DNA of 64,000 nucleotides from Podarcis cretensis (taxonomy: Eukaryota), in contig OX638154.1 of assembly GCA_951804945.1 (NCBI GenBank), positions 62,186,001-62,250,000 of the forward strand, given 5' to 3'. Below the pieces are notes generated by a model. That model made no database searches and had not been told where the DNA came from. It was given only the letters and a program-made list of their open reading frames with translations. The position numbers and the translations under genes were made by a program. Within the stretch, counting starts at the first letter, position 1. Each line of letters opens with the position of its first letter. Of the stretch, positions 13,031 through 24,028 are shown piece by piece.

Positions 13031-14056
13031 CCTGTGAAAGAGTGGAAGTGGTTAGTCTTTTAAAAAAGAAAAAGAAAGTGGGGTGTAAAATACCAGAATA
13101 GTGATTACCATGTGTATAATTTGTGGTGTTGTAATCTGAAGGTAACTTTGAATATATGTGGTGCTACTGGAAGGAATTTTTTTCTTTTGTTTTGAATATA
13201 TGGTCTCTGCCATGCGTGTTCTGCTGCAGAAATAATAGCATTGACTGTTGATGGAGGTCTTGCCTTCCAAGGAGCTTAATGGGAGAGTGGAATGAGGTGG
13301 TTTTGGCATGCTACTTATTTGGATAATCAGAAGTTTTATACAAACCAGAAGTGCTGCTTGCATAGTGTACATAGGCTGACATACTGGGAAATGCCTTGTG
13401 AATTCAGATAATGTAAGCATTTTGGGCAATCACATTTTTGACGACGGTTGCATTTCTGCAGTTGAATAGCTGGTGCAAGGAAAAACATGGTGTGGACGTT
13501 ATATGGCTGTTCTCTCTAAACCACAAATTTTTCACCATCTAGTTCACCAAAGATAAAGGCAAGCAATGGTTTTAGACCAAAGGAATGTTAGTGTTAGCTT
13601 TAACTATTGAATAGGCTGCTAAGCAAGGCATTTTGTGGAAGTCTTTCATATGAACCTCAATTGAGGCTGAAGAGAAGAAGAGAAAAGATATTTGGCATTC
13701 AAGTCTCAGAGGAAGAGACATCTTGCAAGAATTGGACAAGTTGGACTGCTCCCTTGAGGCCTTTTCTGCCCTGCCAATGGAGAATTGCTTCACAATTACC
13801 TTATGATGAAATCAGTTATGGAGGGCTGGACTGCTTTATCTGTTAAGGAAGCCTGAAAAAGTGGGCTTCTTCATCTCATAATGTCAAGGGAGCTAATTCC
13901 TTGTCAGATCCAGTCATACACACCATCTCACAGGTGCAGCCAGACAGTTGTTTGATTGTACCTATGTAAAAGTGAGTATAATTTAACTTTTGATTAACTA
14001 CTTTCATACATCAGTGCACACACATAACATACATATAGCATTTTTGAGAGAACCAA

Positions 14057-14134
14057 CTTGGCAGGGGGTTGGACTTGATGGCCCTTGTGGTCTCTTCCAA
14101 CTCTATGATTCTATGATTCTATTCTATGATTCTA
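14057..14134 (+). mobile_element. CR1 LINE extreme 3' end, young
   Basis: cttggcagggggttggacttgatggcccttgtggtctcttccaactc followed by (TATGATTC)n. Nearly identical to 47363-47434. Confidence 0.9.
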
Positions 14135-17100
14135 TATGAAGACTATTAATGTTCACTTCCTCTTCAGGAATGAAACATAGAATTATATATCAAGTATTGA
14201 TCCACAAAAAGGATTTTCATTTTATTCATATTTTAAAAGTGCTTCTAATTGAGGCACTGTGGTAATTGAATCTCAACTTTTTTAGAGCCTAAACTTTTTA
14301 GATTCTAACCACAGTTAGCAATCAAAGTGTTTTCTAAAATTATTTTGTTATGTGATACAATAAATCCCACAAAAGGAAGATGAAACAATATGTCTTAATA
14401 TATATGTTACTCTTAAATATTCTTACAGTGGAATGCAGTTTAAGGACATTCTTTAGTTGAACAAAAAGAGAGAGAGAGAGAGAGGAAGATTTCATTACAT
14501 TCAGCACAGTATGAGATTAAGTCAAAGTAGTTTTGCTAATTAAATTCAATTGCCATCCATTAGACCAATGGAATGAGATGAATCTACTATACAGCTGACA
14601 CAGCACAGGTATGCAATTTGGCTAAATGGCTATTTCTAAACGACAGCACACACATTTCTCTGCTTGTTCCCTTTTTTAAGAGTTAGAATTTCTGCACGCA
14701 CTCTGCCCCTGTTTCTAAAAAAGAAGAAAGAAGAAAAAGGAGCCTGCTGAAGGGCAAAGATATCAGTTTAAATAATCAGTCTCAAAGGACCATATGATAG
14801 CAACGAATCAGCTTGAAAGGGTGTACAAATTTAAGCTTACAAGGTTTGGAGTCAGTGAAAGGGAGACATAGGGTTTCTGGTCCCATTGGCTGTTTCTTTT
14901 TTTTATCATTGATTGATATATGTTTTATTTATTAAAGGGGTCTTAATCAGCCCATAAACTTGTTGGGGCCAGGTTGTTTCTGCTGCATTTACCAACCCAG
15001 TATTATTAGCTGACTGTTTGCATAATACTGAGAGAAATGATTTCAAATTCAGATAGTAGGCTGACGTTCTTGGCTTAACTTGATGTTTAAGGACATGCTA
15101 TATTCCAGGATGAGGAGTTTCTTACTCTGTTGAAATGACAGGAATACCATTCAGGCATTGGCCAAGACAAAATTTTGACAGCCAGCAAGCCTATAATGTT
15201 TCCGAGTGCGCAGATTTACACGTCCTGCCAAGATGAAAATTGGCTAAAACCAAAAAGGATATTGGGGATTGACACTTTAGGAAGAAATAACAGACTAGTA
15301 CTTTGCATTGGTTTAAGAAATGTGATCCCTTGAACTGTTTTACTTCCTGGAATCCTATGAGCTAATGTGTAGTAATCAATCCGATTCCATTGTGAATGCT
15401 AACTGCCTGCAACATAGCACAGCGGAAGAAAAGTCAACAGAGTACTTGCACAATACAGCTGGCTATTCCCTACGTTGAAGCTGGATGCTGTGAAGTCCAA
15501 ATGTGCATGCTTGGCCCCATCTCCTTGGAACGTTTGCGGGATGGAAGACTGAACCACTGCATCTACAAAATATGAATGCAATTGAGAGTTATACTGGATT
15601 TTCATGTTACCTATTTTTAGAACACAGCAAAGACTTCAGGGCAAAACTAGCACAATATAGCTGCTGGTGGGGAAAGCCCTAATGAAAGACATTAATTGAA
15701 GGGTGCCATTATTTTATAGCAGTTTTTCTTCGATGCTTTCCCTTGATGTAATTGTTATGCTGATATTTGTTGTTGTTCAGTCATGAATCTTTTGCATGGT
15801 TATTTGCGGCTCACAGCTTGTGTGTAAACCAAACCACAAGCCCAGACTCAGGAGGTACAGCAAACCAAGGCTTGTGGGTTTGTTGCTCCTGGCATGGAGC
15901 AACCTAGAGCAAGGAGGACTTTTCTGCGTCAGCACACTGCTCATTCACTTTAAATCATAGATAAGCAGTAACTATATACTTTAACTTGAAGTGAGAACCA
16001 GGCCTTTGCTGCTCACTGTTTTCCCCGACCCCTCTTCTCTTTCGGAACACTGTTACAAGTTCAGATGAAAACAAGGAACAATATTATACATGAAATGCAA
16101 CAGCAGAATACAGGGGCTGCAATTCTTTATGGCCCTCAGATTTTGCATCCCATTAAGTACTGACACTATGATTAATTTATCTTAAAGGGTTACTTTTTGT
16201 CAAACAGTGGTGGCGATGGCGGTTGTTAACCCATATTCACTAGTGGTTAAGAGTGTGTACAGCATTTATCAAAACTTTCTGCAGCTTCTTTCATCTCATT
16301 AGCATCTCAATCTCTATTCAGTAGTTGATGTCCGTTACAGCAAGAGTGCTCAGTTCTTGTTTTCAATAAGCTGGTTGTAAAATGTCAGACTGTCACTTGC
16401 AATATAAAAAAGCAAAAATGATGGTATTTGAAAAAAATGTTACACCTCATAAAAACAAATTGTAAAGACATGAAAGTGATCTTGGTATGTTTTACTTTTC
16501 AGGACAGTTTAGCACAGCTGCTTTAAATACCAGTTGTCTGGATTCCCACACTTCCCTACCAATGGAGAGGTTTACACAAGCATAATTTAAGTTACAATTA
16601 CCCTAATTAACATCTTATTTGCATAAATACTTGAAAGCAGAGCAACAAAGAAATGCCTTAGAAGCTGAACCCCAGTGGAGAAATGTGTTTTCACTGTGTT
16701 TTGGAAAATATAGGCCATTATGTTTAAATTTTCAGGCATAATAAAATAAACTGAAGTTCTATGGTTAATATTTTTATTACAATTTGGCCATGCCCCTTTT
16801 TACTTACTAGGTGTTAAATTTGGGAGGGAATCTTGCAGGAATTCAAGACACATAAAACTGTCACACTTTTTTTTAAACTATTCAGAGATGACAGAAGCCT
16901 TCTCGTTGATCAAAAATAGCATTAATTTTCTTTTCTTTTCTTTTTGTATGAGCAAAAATACTGTGGGTGCCAGTCTAGTTCCAATCATATTAAGTGGTTG
17001 GACCATGAGAATCATGTTTGAAATCTTTTCTTTCAAAAAATATTCATAGGAACTGAAGCTCAGTATTTAAAATGATAGTACAATGGAGTTGTTTTCTCTT

Positions 17101-17661
17101 TTCTCAACTCTTAAAGTGAGATGTTTATAGCACTGTAGGCTGGGGCCCACTTTTGATTCTGAAAGTTTTTTCAGACTTCCTGAGGTCATTGCAAATACTG
17201 AATCCCACCTATCATATATCCTTACTCAGAAAAGGCTTTTCCAAAAGCAAAGGATCACAGGATCTGAATTACAGAAATGAAACAGTTTGCTGCTTCTGGG
17301 GCCAAAAACATTAATTTTAAGTGTGACTTTAAATTTATAAAACTTGAAGAATACAATTGGAAGTAGGTGCAGATGAAAAATGTTAATTTTGAACTTCAGT
17401 GGAACCTCCGTCTTGTACATTTATATTTTGTGATTATTTCTTGAGTTAGCTGGTGGTACTTCTGATTTTCCTTATTTTATATTGCTGGTGTATGTTATAT
17501 TATTACTAGGTTTCCATTTAGGTAAATTTTATTGTAATTGTTATGGCCTTTGACTAGCATGAATTTTGTGATTATTGCTCCTGAGATACCTAACTTAAGA
17601 GCAGCAGCTCAATTATAGAAACAATACTTTGACTGCTAATACAAACTGATCACAGGATTTT

Positions 17662-17843
17662 GGGGGAAGTGCTCAGTGGTTGAGTATCTCATTTGCATGC
17701 AGAAGGTCCTAGACTCAATGCCTTCAATTTCTAGGTAGGGCTGGGAATATCTTCTGTCTGAGACTCTGGGGAGCCAGTGCCAGTCTGAGTAAACAATACT
17801 GAGGTGGATTGACCAAGCCATTATGCCAGATTCCTACGTTCCT
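17662..17843 (+). mobile_element. tRNA-derived SINE with CR1-like tail (ttcctatgttcc type)
   Basis: gctcagtggttgagtatctcatttgcatgcagaaggtcc tRNA-like head; homologous to 61609-61805. Confidence 0.75.
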
Positions 17844-18080
17844 AAGAGTTTGGATTTGATATCCCACTTTATCACTACCCTAAGGAGTCTCAAAGCAGCT
17901 AACAATCTCCTTTCCCTTCCTCTCCCACAACAAACACTCTGTTAGGTGAGTGAGGCTGACAGACTTCAAAGAAGTGTGACTAGCCCAAGGTCACCCAGCA
18001 GCTGCATGTGGAGGAGCAGGGAATAGAACCTGGTTCACCAGATTACGAGTCCACTGCTCTTAACCACTACGCCACACTGG
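17844..18080 (-). mobile_element. tRNA-derived SINE (Squam3-like), second copy
   Basis: Minus strand starts ccagtgtggcgtagtggttaagagc; aligns end to end with 11431-11676. Confidence 0.85.
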
Positions 18081-18499
18081 GAGAGAAACAGACCTCTAGT
18101 TTGTAATGAATATACTGCCCAGGATAAAGTTAGAGTTTAATCAAAGGCTCCTGAAATAAGTAAAAGAGTTCCCTGCAGATTCTCACTTACTTCTAAATCA
18201 GGGCATCTTATACTTTTATCAAAATAATACCTTCCCCAAAGGAAGAAGGAAGACAAGGAGAACTCGGTATGGGACTCCCTATACTTAACGTAACAGGCAG
18301 CCTTATCCTGTTGAGATATAGGAACTCTTTAAGTAGTAGCTTGTGCTGCCACATCTAGTGCAGTATTCTGGCAGGCTGGCTAAAAGATTAGTACTCCATT
18401 GCAGTGACTCATAGGATTAAGGTGAAACAAAGGCTCAATTCACACATGCAGACATCTGTTTGAATGGCTGCTTGTGGCACAGCTCCTCATAGGCATTCC

Positions 18500-18843
18500 A
18501 TGTAGTCACCAGAGGCCCTTCTTCAAGTGCCTCCTCCAATAGAGGTCCAGACCAGGGTAGTAATGTGAGAAAGGGCCTTTTCTGCAGTAGCTCCCCATTT
18601 GTGGAATGGTCTCCGTAGGGAGGTTTGCCGGGCGCCTTCATTACATATCTTTAGGCACCAGGCGATAACACTGCTCTGTAACCAGGCCTTTGGCTGATCA
18701 ACATGGGTTTGTGGGAGGGAGGTTATTGGTTTGTTTTTGCTCTTTTTTAATGATGTATTTTGTGTTCTCATTTTGTATTTTTATGTTGTGAACCACCATG
18801 TGATCTTTGGATGAAGGGCGGTATACAAATTAAATAAATAAAA
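18500..18843 (+). mobile_element. L2 LINE 3' fragment
   Basis: From 18571 translates RAFSAVAPHLWNGLRREVCRAPSLHIFRHQAITLLCNQAFG* (L2 ORF2 C-terminus). 3' end tgtgaaccacc...gggcggtatacaaattaaataaata. Confidence 0.8.
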
Positions 18844-19437
18844 TTGATTGATTGTGTGAAGTGGCTTTCCATGCTGTTCAGACATGACAAAGCCTCCAGG
18901 GTTGCAAGAAGGCCTGGTTACTTCACACATATGGCTTACTATATGGACCTGTGTCTATGCAGATGTCTTATAACTAGCCACCAATTTTGGTGGCTGCATG
19001 TGTGAACTGAGCCAAAGCCAACCCCATTCACCCCAAAACACAATGCAGTTGGTAGAATTTAGTATTGGCCTCCCCACGATAGGATGAAGCAGGAAACATC
19101 CTAGGAAAGTGAAATTTTTGACTGACTATTTGGTAAAGTCATACAGTTCTTAATCCTGCAGAGTTAGGATGTAAAGCTGATTCTTTTAGCTTCTGGCCTG
19201 AACAAGATATACACAAAAGATTTGCTGAATTCAGAGTGGATAAAGGAGGAGTCTGTGCTTTGCCTAGCATCTGTTGGTACTTCCTTACAGAGACTTCCTT
19301 ACTATTTGAGACTGCTGATTCTAAAGATGTTCTGGGATGAGATCTGACCATTTAAAAAATCTAATTAATATTAAGCTTCGGTTGCACCTTTTCCTTAAGG
19401 GTTATAAAATCAGTTCACTGAATGGATAGGGTAGCAG

Positions 19438-19438
<1 letters not shown>

Positions 19439-19491
<53 letters not shown>
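19439..19491. repeat. (CT)n microsatellite
   Basis: Directly visible. Confidence 0.95.
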
Positions 19492-19497
<6 letters not shown>

Positions 19498-20302
19498 GTT
19501 AATGAAGTATTGATCCTTTCCGTAACTGATTATAGTGTCTGTGCAACCACTGACCTGGTTAGACTGCTTTTCAAAAAACTTCTTGCCATGTGAACTGGCC
19601 TGAATAACATCTAATCACATTTATTCCACTTCATTTCTGATTAATTCCGTTCAAGGTACCATATCAAGGTAATAAAAATGAATGGATTAAGAATTGGGGC
19701 TTAGTATATTAAAAATCAAAACATAATCACAGGGCTTTTTCAGTGTTTATGTCTAAAGGGAGGTATGTGTTTTTCATCCTATGCAAGTACAAACCCTTTT
19801 TTGGAAGTTGATCTCTTTATGATGGCATTTACTTTTGATAAGCTGTCTGCTAGAGGTGTTTATAGTTACAGACGGTTATGATATTGCTAAATGTTTTAAG
19901 TCCTGTATTATCTTGTTATAACTTGTCATTATTTAACGTAATAAATTTTAGTCTACCTGAAGAAAATTGTGGTGCATTGAAATAATTCAATACCTACCCA
20001 CTCATTGGTCCCAATTTAACATTATTAACTATTGGTTTTCATGTATTGTTCTAAGTAACAATTGCTTGGTGCAGTCTCTGCTTTTAACTCACAATTTAAT
20101 CATACAGTGTGTGAATTTAGTAAACCAAAGATTATAGTGAATTAATAATAGTGAACCAGCTGACCAAAGCTGAACTGCAGTTCTATCACTATAAAACTTA
20201 ATTTAAAACATATAATTGGTGTTATATGTTATGTGTTTACAGGGTATTAGTTTTGATTTTTCTCTTGATTACACATCATTAGTCTGTAGTACCATTCATT
20301 AA

Positions 20303-20392
20303 CAGCATGATCTTGCATATGTCTACTCAGAAGTAAGTCTCATTCAGTTTCAGTGGGTCTTATAGTTAATTGTGCATAGGATTGCAGACTTA
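20303..20392. repeat. Short imperfect palindromic interspersed repeat (ctactcagaagtaagt...cataggattgc type)
   Basis: Loose inverted arms. Related degenerate copies appear near 365-450, 9045-9095 and 53550-53620. Confidence 0.5.
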
Positions 20393-21570
20393 GTGATAGT
20401 CGTTCATTTCAAACATGTAAGATCTGAAATTAAGGAATATTACCGGAAAGGTATATATAATGAAATCAGACTAAATCCCAGTTTTCCATATCTGTACTGT
20501 TTGTACATAGAACTACACTCCATTTAAAGGGGACAGAGTGTTTCCATTAAACTACAAATCCTTAATAGAAGTTTGATCTACACCATTTTCCTATCTTTTT
20601 GAAGCACTGGGTGAAAATACCATATGCATTCTAACCACTGTTGTTACTAATGGGAGTAGAGTACGTAAACGTCTGGTGCTTTTATGTCCAAGAGCTTGTA
20701 GTGCCTAAATGTAATGTATGAGTCTGATGGTCATCAAAGCATCTGCTTCAGAAATGTTCCTTCTTTTGTTCAGATCTCAAACTTACAGCCTGTTAAATCC
20801 CCAATAAAAGAAAATAACTGTCCAGTTTTCTATGTGTTAACTAAAACAAACAAGGACAGAAGATTCTTTGAGCTGTTTCGGCTGGTATATTGATATGCAG
20901 GAACAGGATGCACAATCTCCCTGTGCTTCCTGTTCTTACACAACATTATCATGTCTCAAATATGAACTTTGTTACTTTTATTACCAGGGACATGCAAAAA
21001 CTGTGTGCATGTGAGGAGCTTGCACATCTTCCAGGTTGGGGGGGGGATGAATATTGGGTGTGACATTGTCACAGATGAACAGGAAGTATGGGAAATGTCT
21101 GCATCCTGTCCTGTACAACAAGGTATTATCCAAAGCAACTCACAGCCTGGGGATAAGCAGATCAAAGAGAAAACGAAGAAGACAAGGTATACTGTATTGG
21201 TACTAGAATCGTATGTTATGATGTTACAGTAGTAGGAGATAGATAATCCAGAATAAAAAGGAGAGGCATTGTATAATGGTTCCAAGCAACACGGCTTCAG
21301 ATTCTGCTTCGTCATATATTCAGCTCATAAACTTGTATATGTGCTAGAATGTAGGCAGTATATTGCCCATGATATCCAGGTTCCTGTCCTCTTCATATTT
21401 ACATACCCATTTCCCCTTTAAGCCATTAGAGAAGCTAAAAAGAGAGTAACCTAAACTGATTCTAAATAGTATTCATACTTTCCAGGTTGGTTGCAGCAAC
21501 CAATTGGGAGCTCTTTTGGCCTCACCATGCCCCATCTTGGTAAATGCCCTGCTGCGACTGCCAGGAGGGT

Positions 21571-21593
21571 GCTGCTGCTGCTGCTCCTACCCC

Positions 21594-21629
<36 letters not shown>
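21571..21629. repeat. (CTG)n followed by (CA)n microsatellite
   Basis: Directly visible; explains the poly-L/HT/CV ORFs in the track. Confidence 0.9.
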
Positions 21630-21631
<2 letters not shown>

Positions 21632-21859
21632 ATGGCTCGACACCACCATGCTTGGCACTTTTTTGACAAATGCAAAAGTGCCCACAGTTCTGCGTTACAG
21701 TTATGCAGCAACAAGCAAGGTGTGAAAGAAAGCTGCTGGAAGAAGCTGACAACAGGAAGCAACAAGGAGGAGGTAATTCTTAACAGAATCAAGTGCTTGT
21801 GGTCTTAAGTAAAGTTGATGTCCAGCTGAACTGAAAATAATCTGCATGAAATTAGAGAA

Positions 21860-22031
21860 ATGTTTATTTCTCTATCACATTTGCATCCCAACCTATTTTT
21901 ACCGCTTTCAGGACAGCTTATATGGTCTTATATACTGATCTTCACAAAAACTCAGGAGGGTTATATTTATGGCAGATGTGGAATTTGAACACAATTCTCT
22001 CTGGTAATACCCTATCTACTCTATTATACTG
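21860..22031 (-). mobile_element. Old degenerate MIR/Squam3-like SINE
   Basis: atcttcacaaaaactc...tggcagatgtggaatttgaacac...ctattatactg parallels the layout of 17844-18080. Confidence 0.4.
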
Positions 22032-23454
22032 ACATGCTTAAGAACTCAAACTGTCCAAAATGTTTGCCTTAGTATGCTATTTCTTTTATTCTGACCCAAA
22101 TTTATGAAATTGCATGTGCAAATCAAGTCTTTATTATGGCTAGCATCCTTTCCTAAATGTCCAGACTAGATTTTCTGGGTGGCAGTGCAAAGCATCATTG
22201 CTCTTCCTCTAGGCTTGATAATTAAATATTGGTTAATAGATTTGGGTATCGTTGATCAACAGAACACTACAAGGGAAGCACAGTAAAGTTAAGTGATGCT
22301 CTAAAGTGTTTAGGAGGGTGAAATTTCTGTTTGTCCCTCATTAGAAGCAGCTGTAAAGGAATACAACTTATAATCATTTTGCTCAAATAAATTGTCATTA
22401 TGGTACACTTCTTATTTTTATTTGGCATGAGTAGTCTGACTTTTGTTAATTTAAGCAATTAGCATACCTGAAAAGGCTATTTTTGATATCTAATTATTAG
22501 CAAGGGGTTTTTTGTGTAGAAAAAAAAAGCAAAACCATTCATCCAAAATTATAGACACCAAGTACCAAACTGCAATATCCTGACTCACAGTGCTTTATCA
22601 AAAGCATTGCCAGTTTTCTGCTTTAGACTTGATTGGGCATAAAAATATCCCTGCACAGGGACATTTTTATTACCTCATTTGGTTTTAGAGAACTTTGCTT
22701 GCAAGTGTTTATAGTGGTGTATAATAACTGGAGTTGCAAATATCTCAAGAATGGAGATTAGTTGTAAATATGACATACCTAGTATTCCAAGAAGTGATTC
22801 TCATCATCCACCTATGTAATGTCTCCCACCGCCCAATACTGTATTTGTTGGTTAACTCTCTAAACTGCAAAGCACCCATTTTTGTAATATCCAGTTATCA
22901 GCTTCTTATTTCTGCCTATTGCGTCCCACAGTTCTCTTGACAGAAGTTTTGGCATGACAGAGTGCAGAAGGTCTCCCCATATTTGGACATTATGGCAAGC
23001 TCAGCCACTGGCTCCATTTTCTCCAATAAAATTTCTGGTTATTGCACTGCTGCTGTAATTTCCAAAGCAGACTTGTTCAGCCAAGTTTCACGAGTTAGAT
23101 GTATATCTGAAGATAGGCAAGCCTCTTTCAGACATTTCTGCAGAAGTGCAACAATTGGACGCATGAGATACTTGCATGTGCAAGTGGTTGTGTTTGCTCT
23201 GTTGTTTTAAACTTGAAGTCTTTAGGGCTTGGTGGTCATTGAGAGTATTTCCTTCCTTGAGGATTTTCAACTGCAGTCATGGACTGAATACTACCCCTTA
23301 CAAAAATAATAATAATGCATATATGGAAGACTAGATTTCTGGGATCAGAATTCCAGTCTATTCCCTCCCCTCCTGATACATAGGAAAATGTTTTTTAAGG
23401 GGACCAAATGCAGTGTGCAACTAAGTATTTGTGAGGAAGGGAGAAACAAAGTTA

Positions 23455-23683
23455 CAGTTATACCTCGGGTTACAGACGCTTCAGGTTACAGGCGCTTCAT
23501 GTTACAGACTCCGCTAACCCAGAAATAGTACCTCGGGTTAAGAACTTTGCTTCAGGATGAGAACAGAAATCATGTTCCAGTGGCAGCAGGAGGCCCCATT
23601 AGCTAAAGTGGTGCTTCAGGTCAAGAAGAGGTTAAGAACGGATCTCCGGAACGAATTTAAGTTCTTAACCCGAGGTACCACTG
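23455..23683 (+). mobile_element. Tc1/mariner-type MITE (CAGTGGTACC family), copy 2
   Basis: TA TSD, slightly mutated left TIR, body aligns with copy 1. Confidence 0.9.
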
Positions 23684-23910
23684 TATATTGCTCTCTTCTG
23701 TCAGGGAAACAGAGTGTTAGTAGCGCTGCTTTGATTTCATTTCATTACCACACTATTTTAGTTGTTGTTTTTAAAGTACAGATAACATTGTGTTTGCATA
23801 CACCATGTGTGTGTGGACTGTCTTGTTCTGAGAAGTATCATCGTACAGAGTGCTGTCAGAGATGCCTCCCCATACACACGCACACCAAATTAGTAAGTGG
23901 GAACATTCTG

Positions 23911-24028
23911 TTCCATAGTTTAGTCTTTTCCATAGTTTAGTCTTTTGTCTTTGGTCAATTCATATACTTTCTCATTCTACTAGTTTAGTCTTTTGTCTTT
24001 GGTCAATTCATATACTTTCTCATTCTAC
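23911..24028. repeat. Overlapping perfect tandem duplications (17 bp x2 and 48 bp x2)
   Basis: 23911-23927 equals 23928-23944; 23933-23980 equals 23981-24028. Confidence 0.9.

Noticed and set aside
21451-21808. Four overlapping ORFs with poly-Leu/His-Thr/Cys-Val runs
   Set aside because: Produced by the (CTG)n and (CA)n microsatellites.
22920-23180. Minus-strand frame with few stops (ALLQKCLKEACLSSDIHLTRETWLNK...)
   Set aside because: Contains internal stops and matches no protein family I can name.
23911-24028. Repeat-spacer-like pattern (CRISPR?)
   Set aside because: The spacers are duplicated rather than unique, the context is vertebrate, and there are no cas genes.
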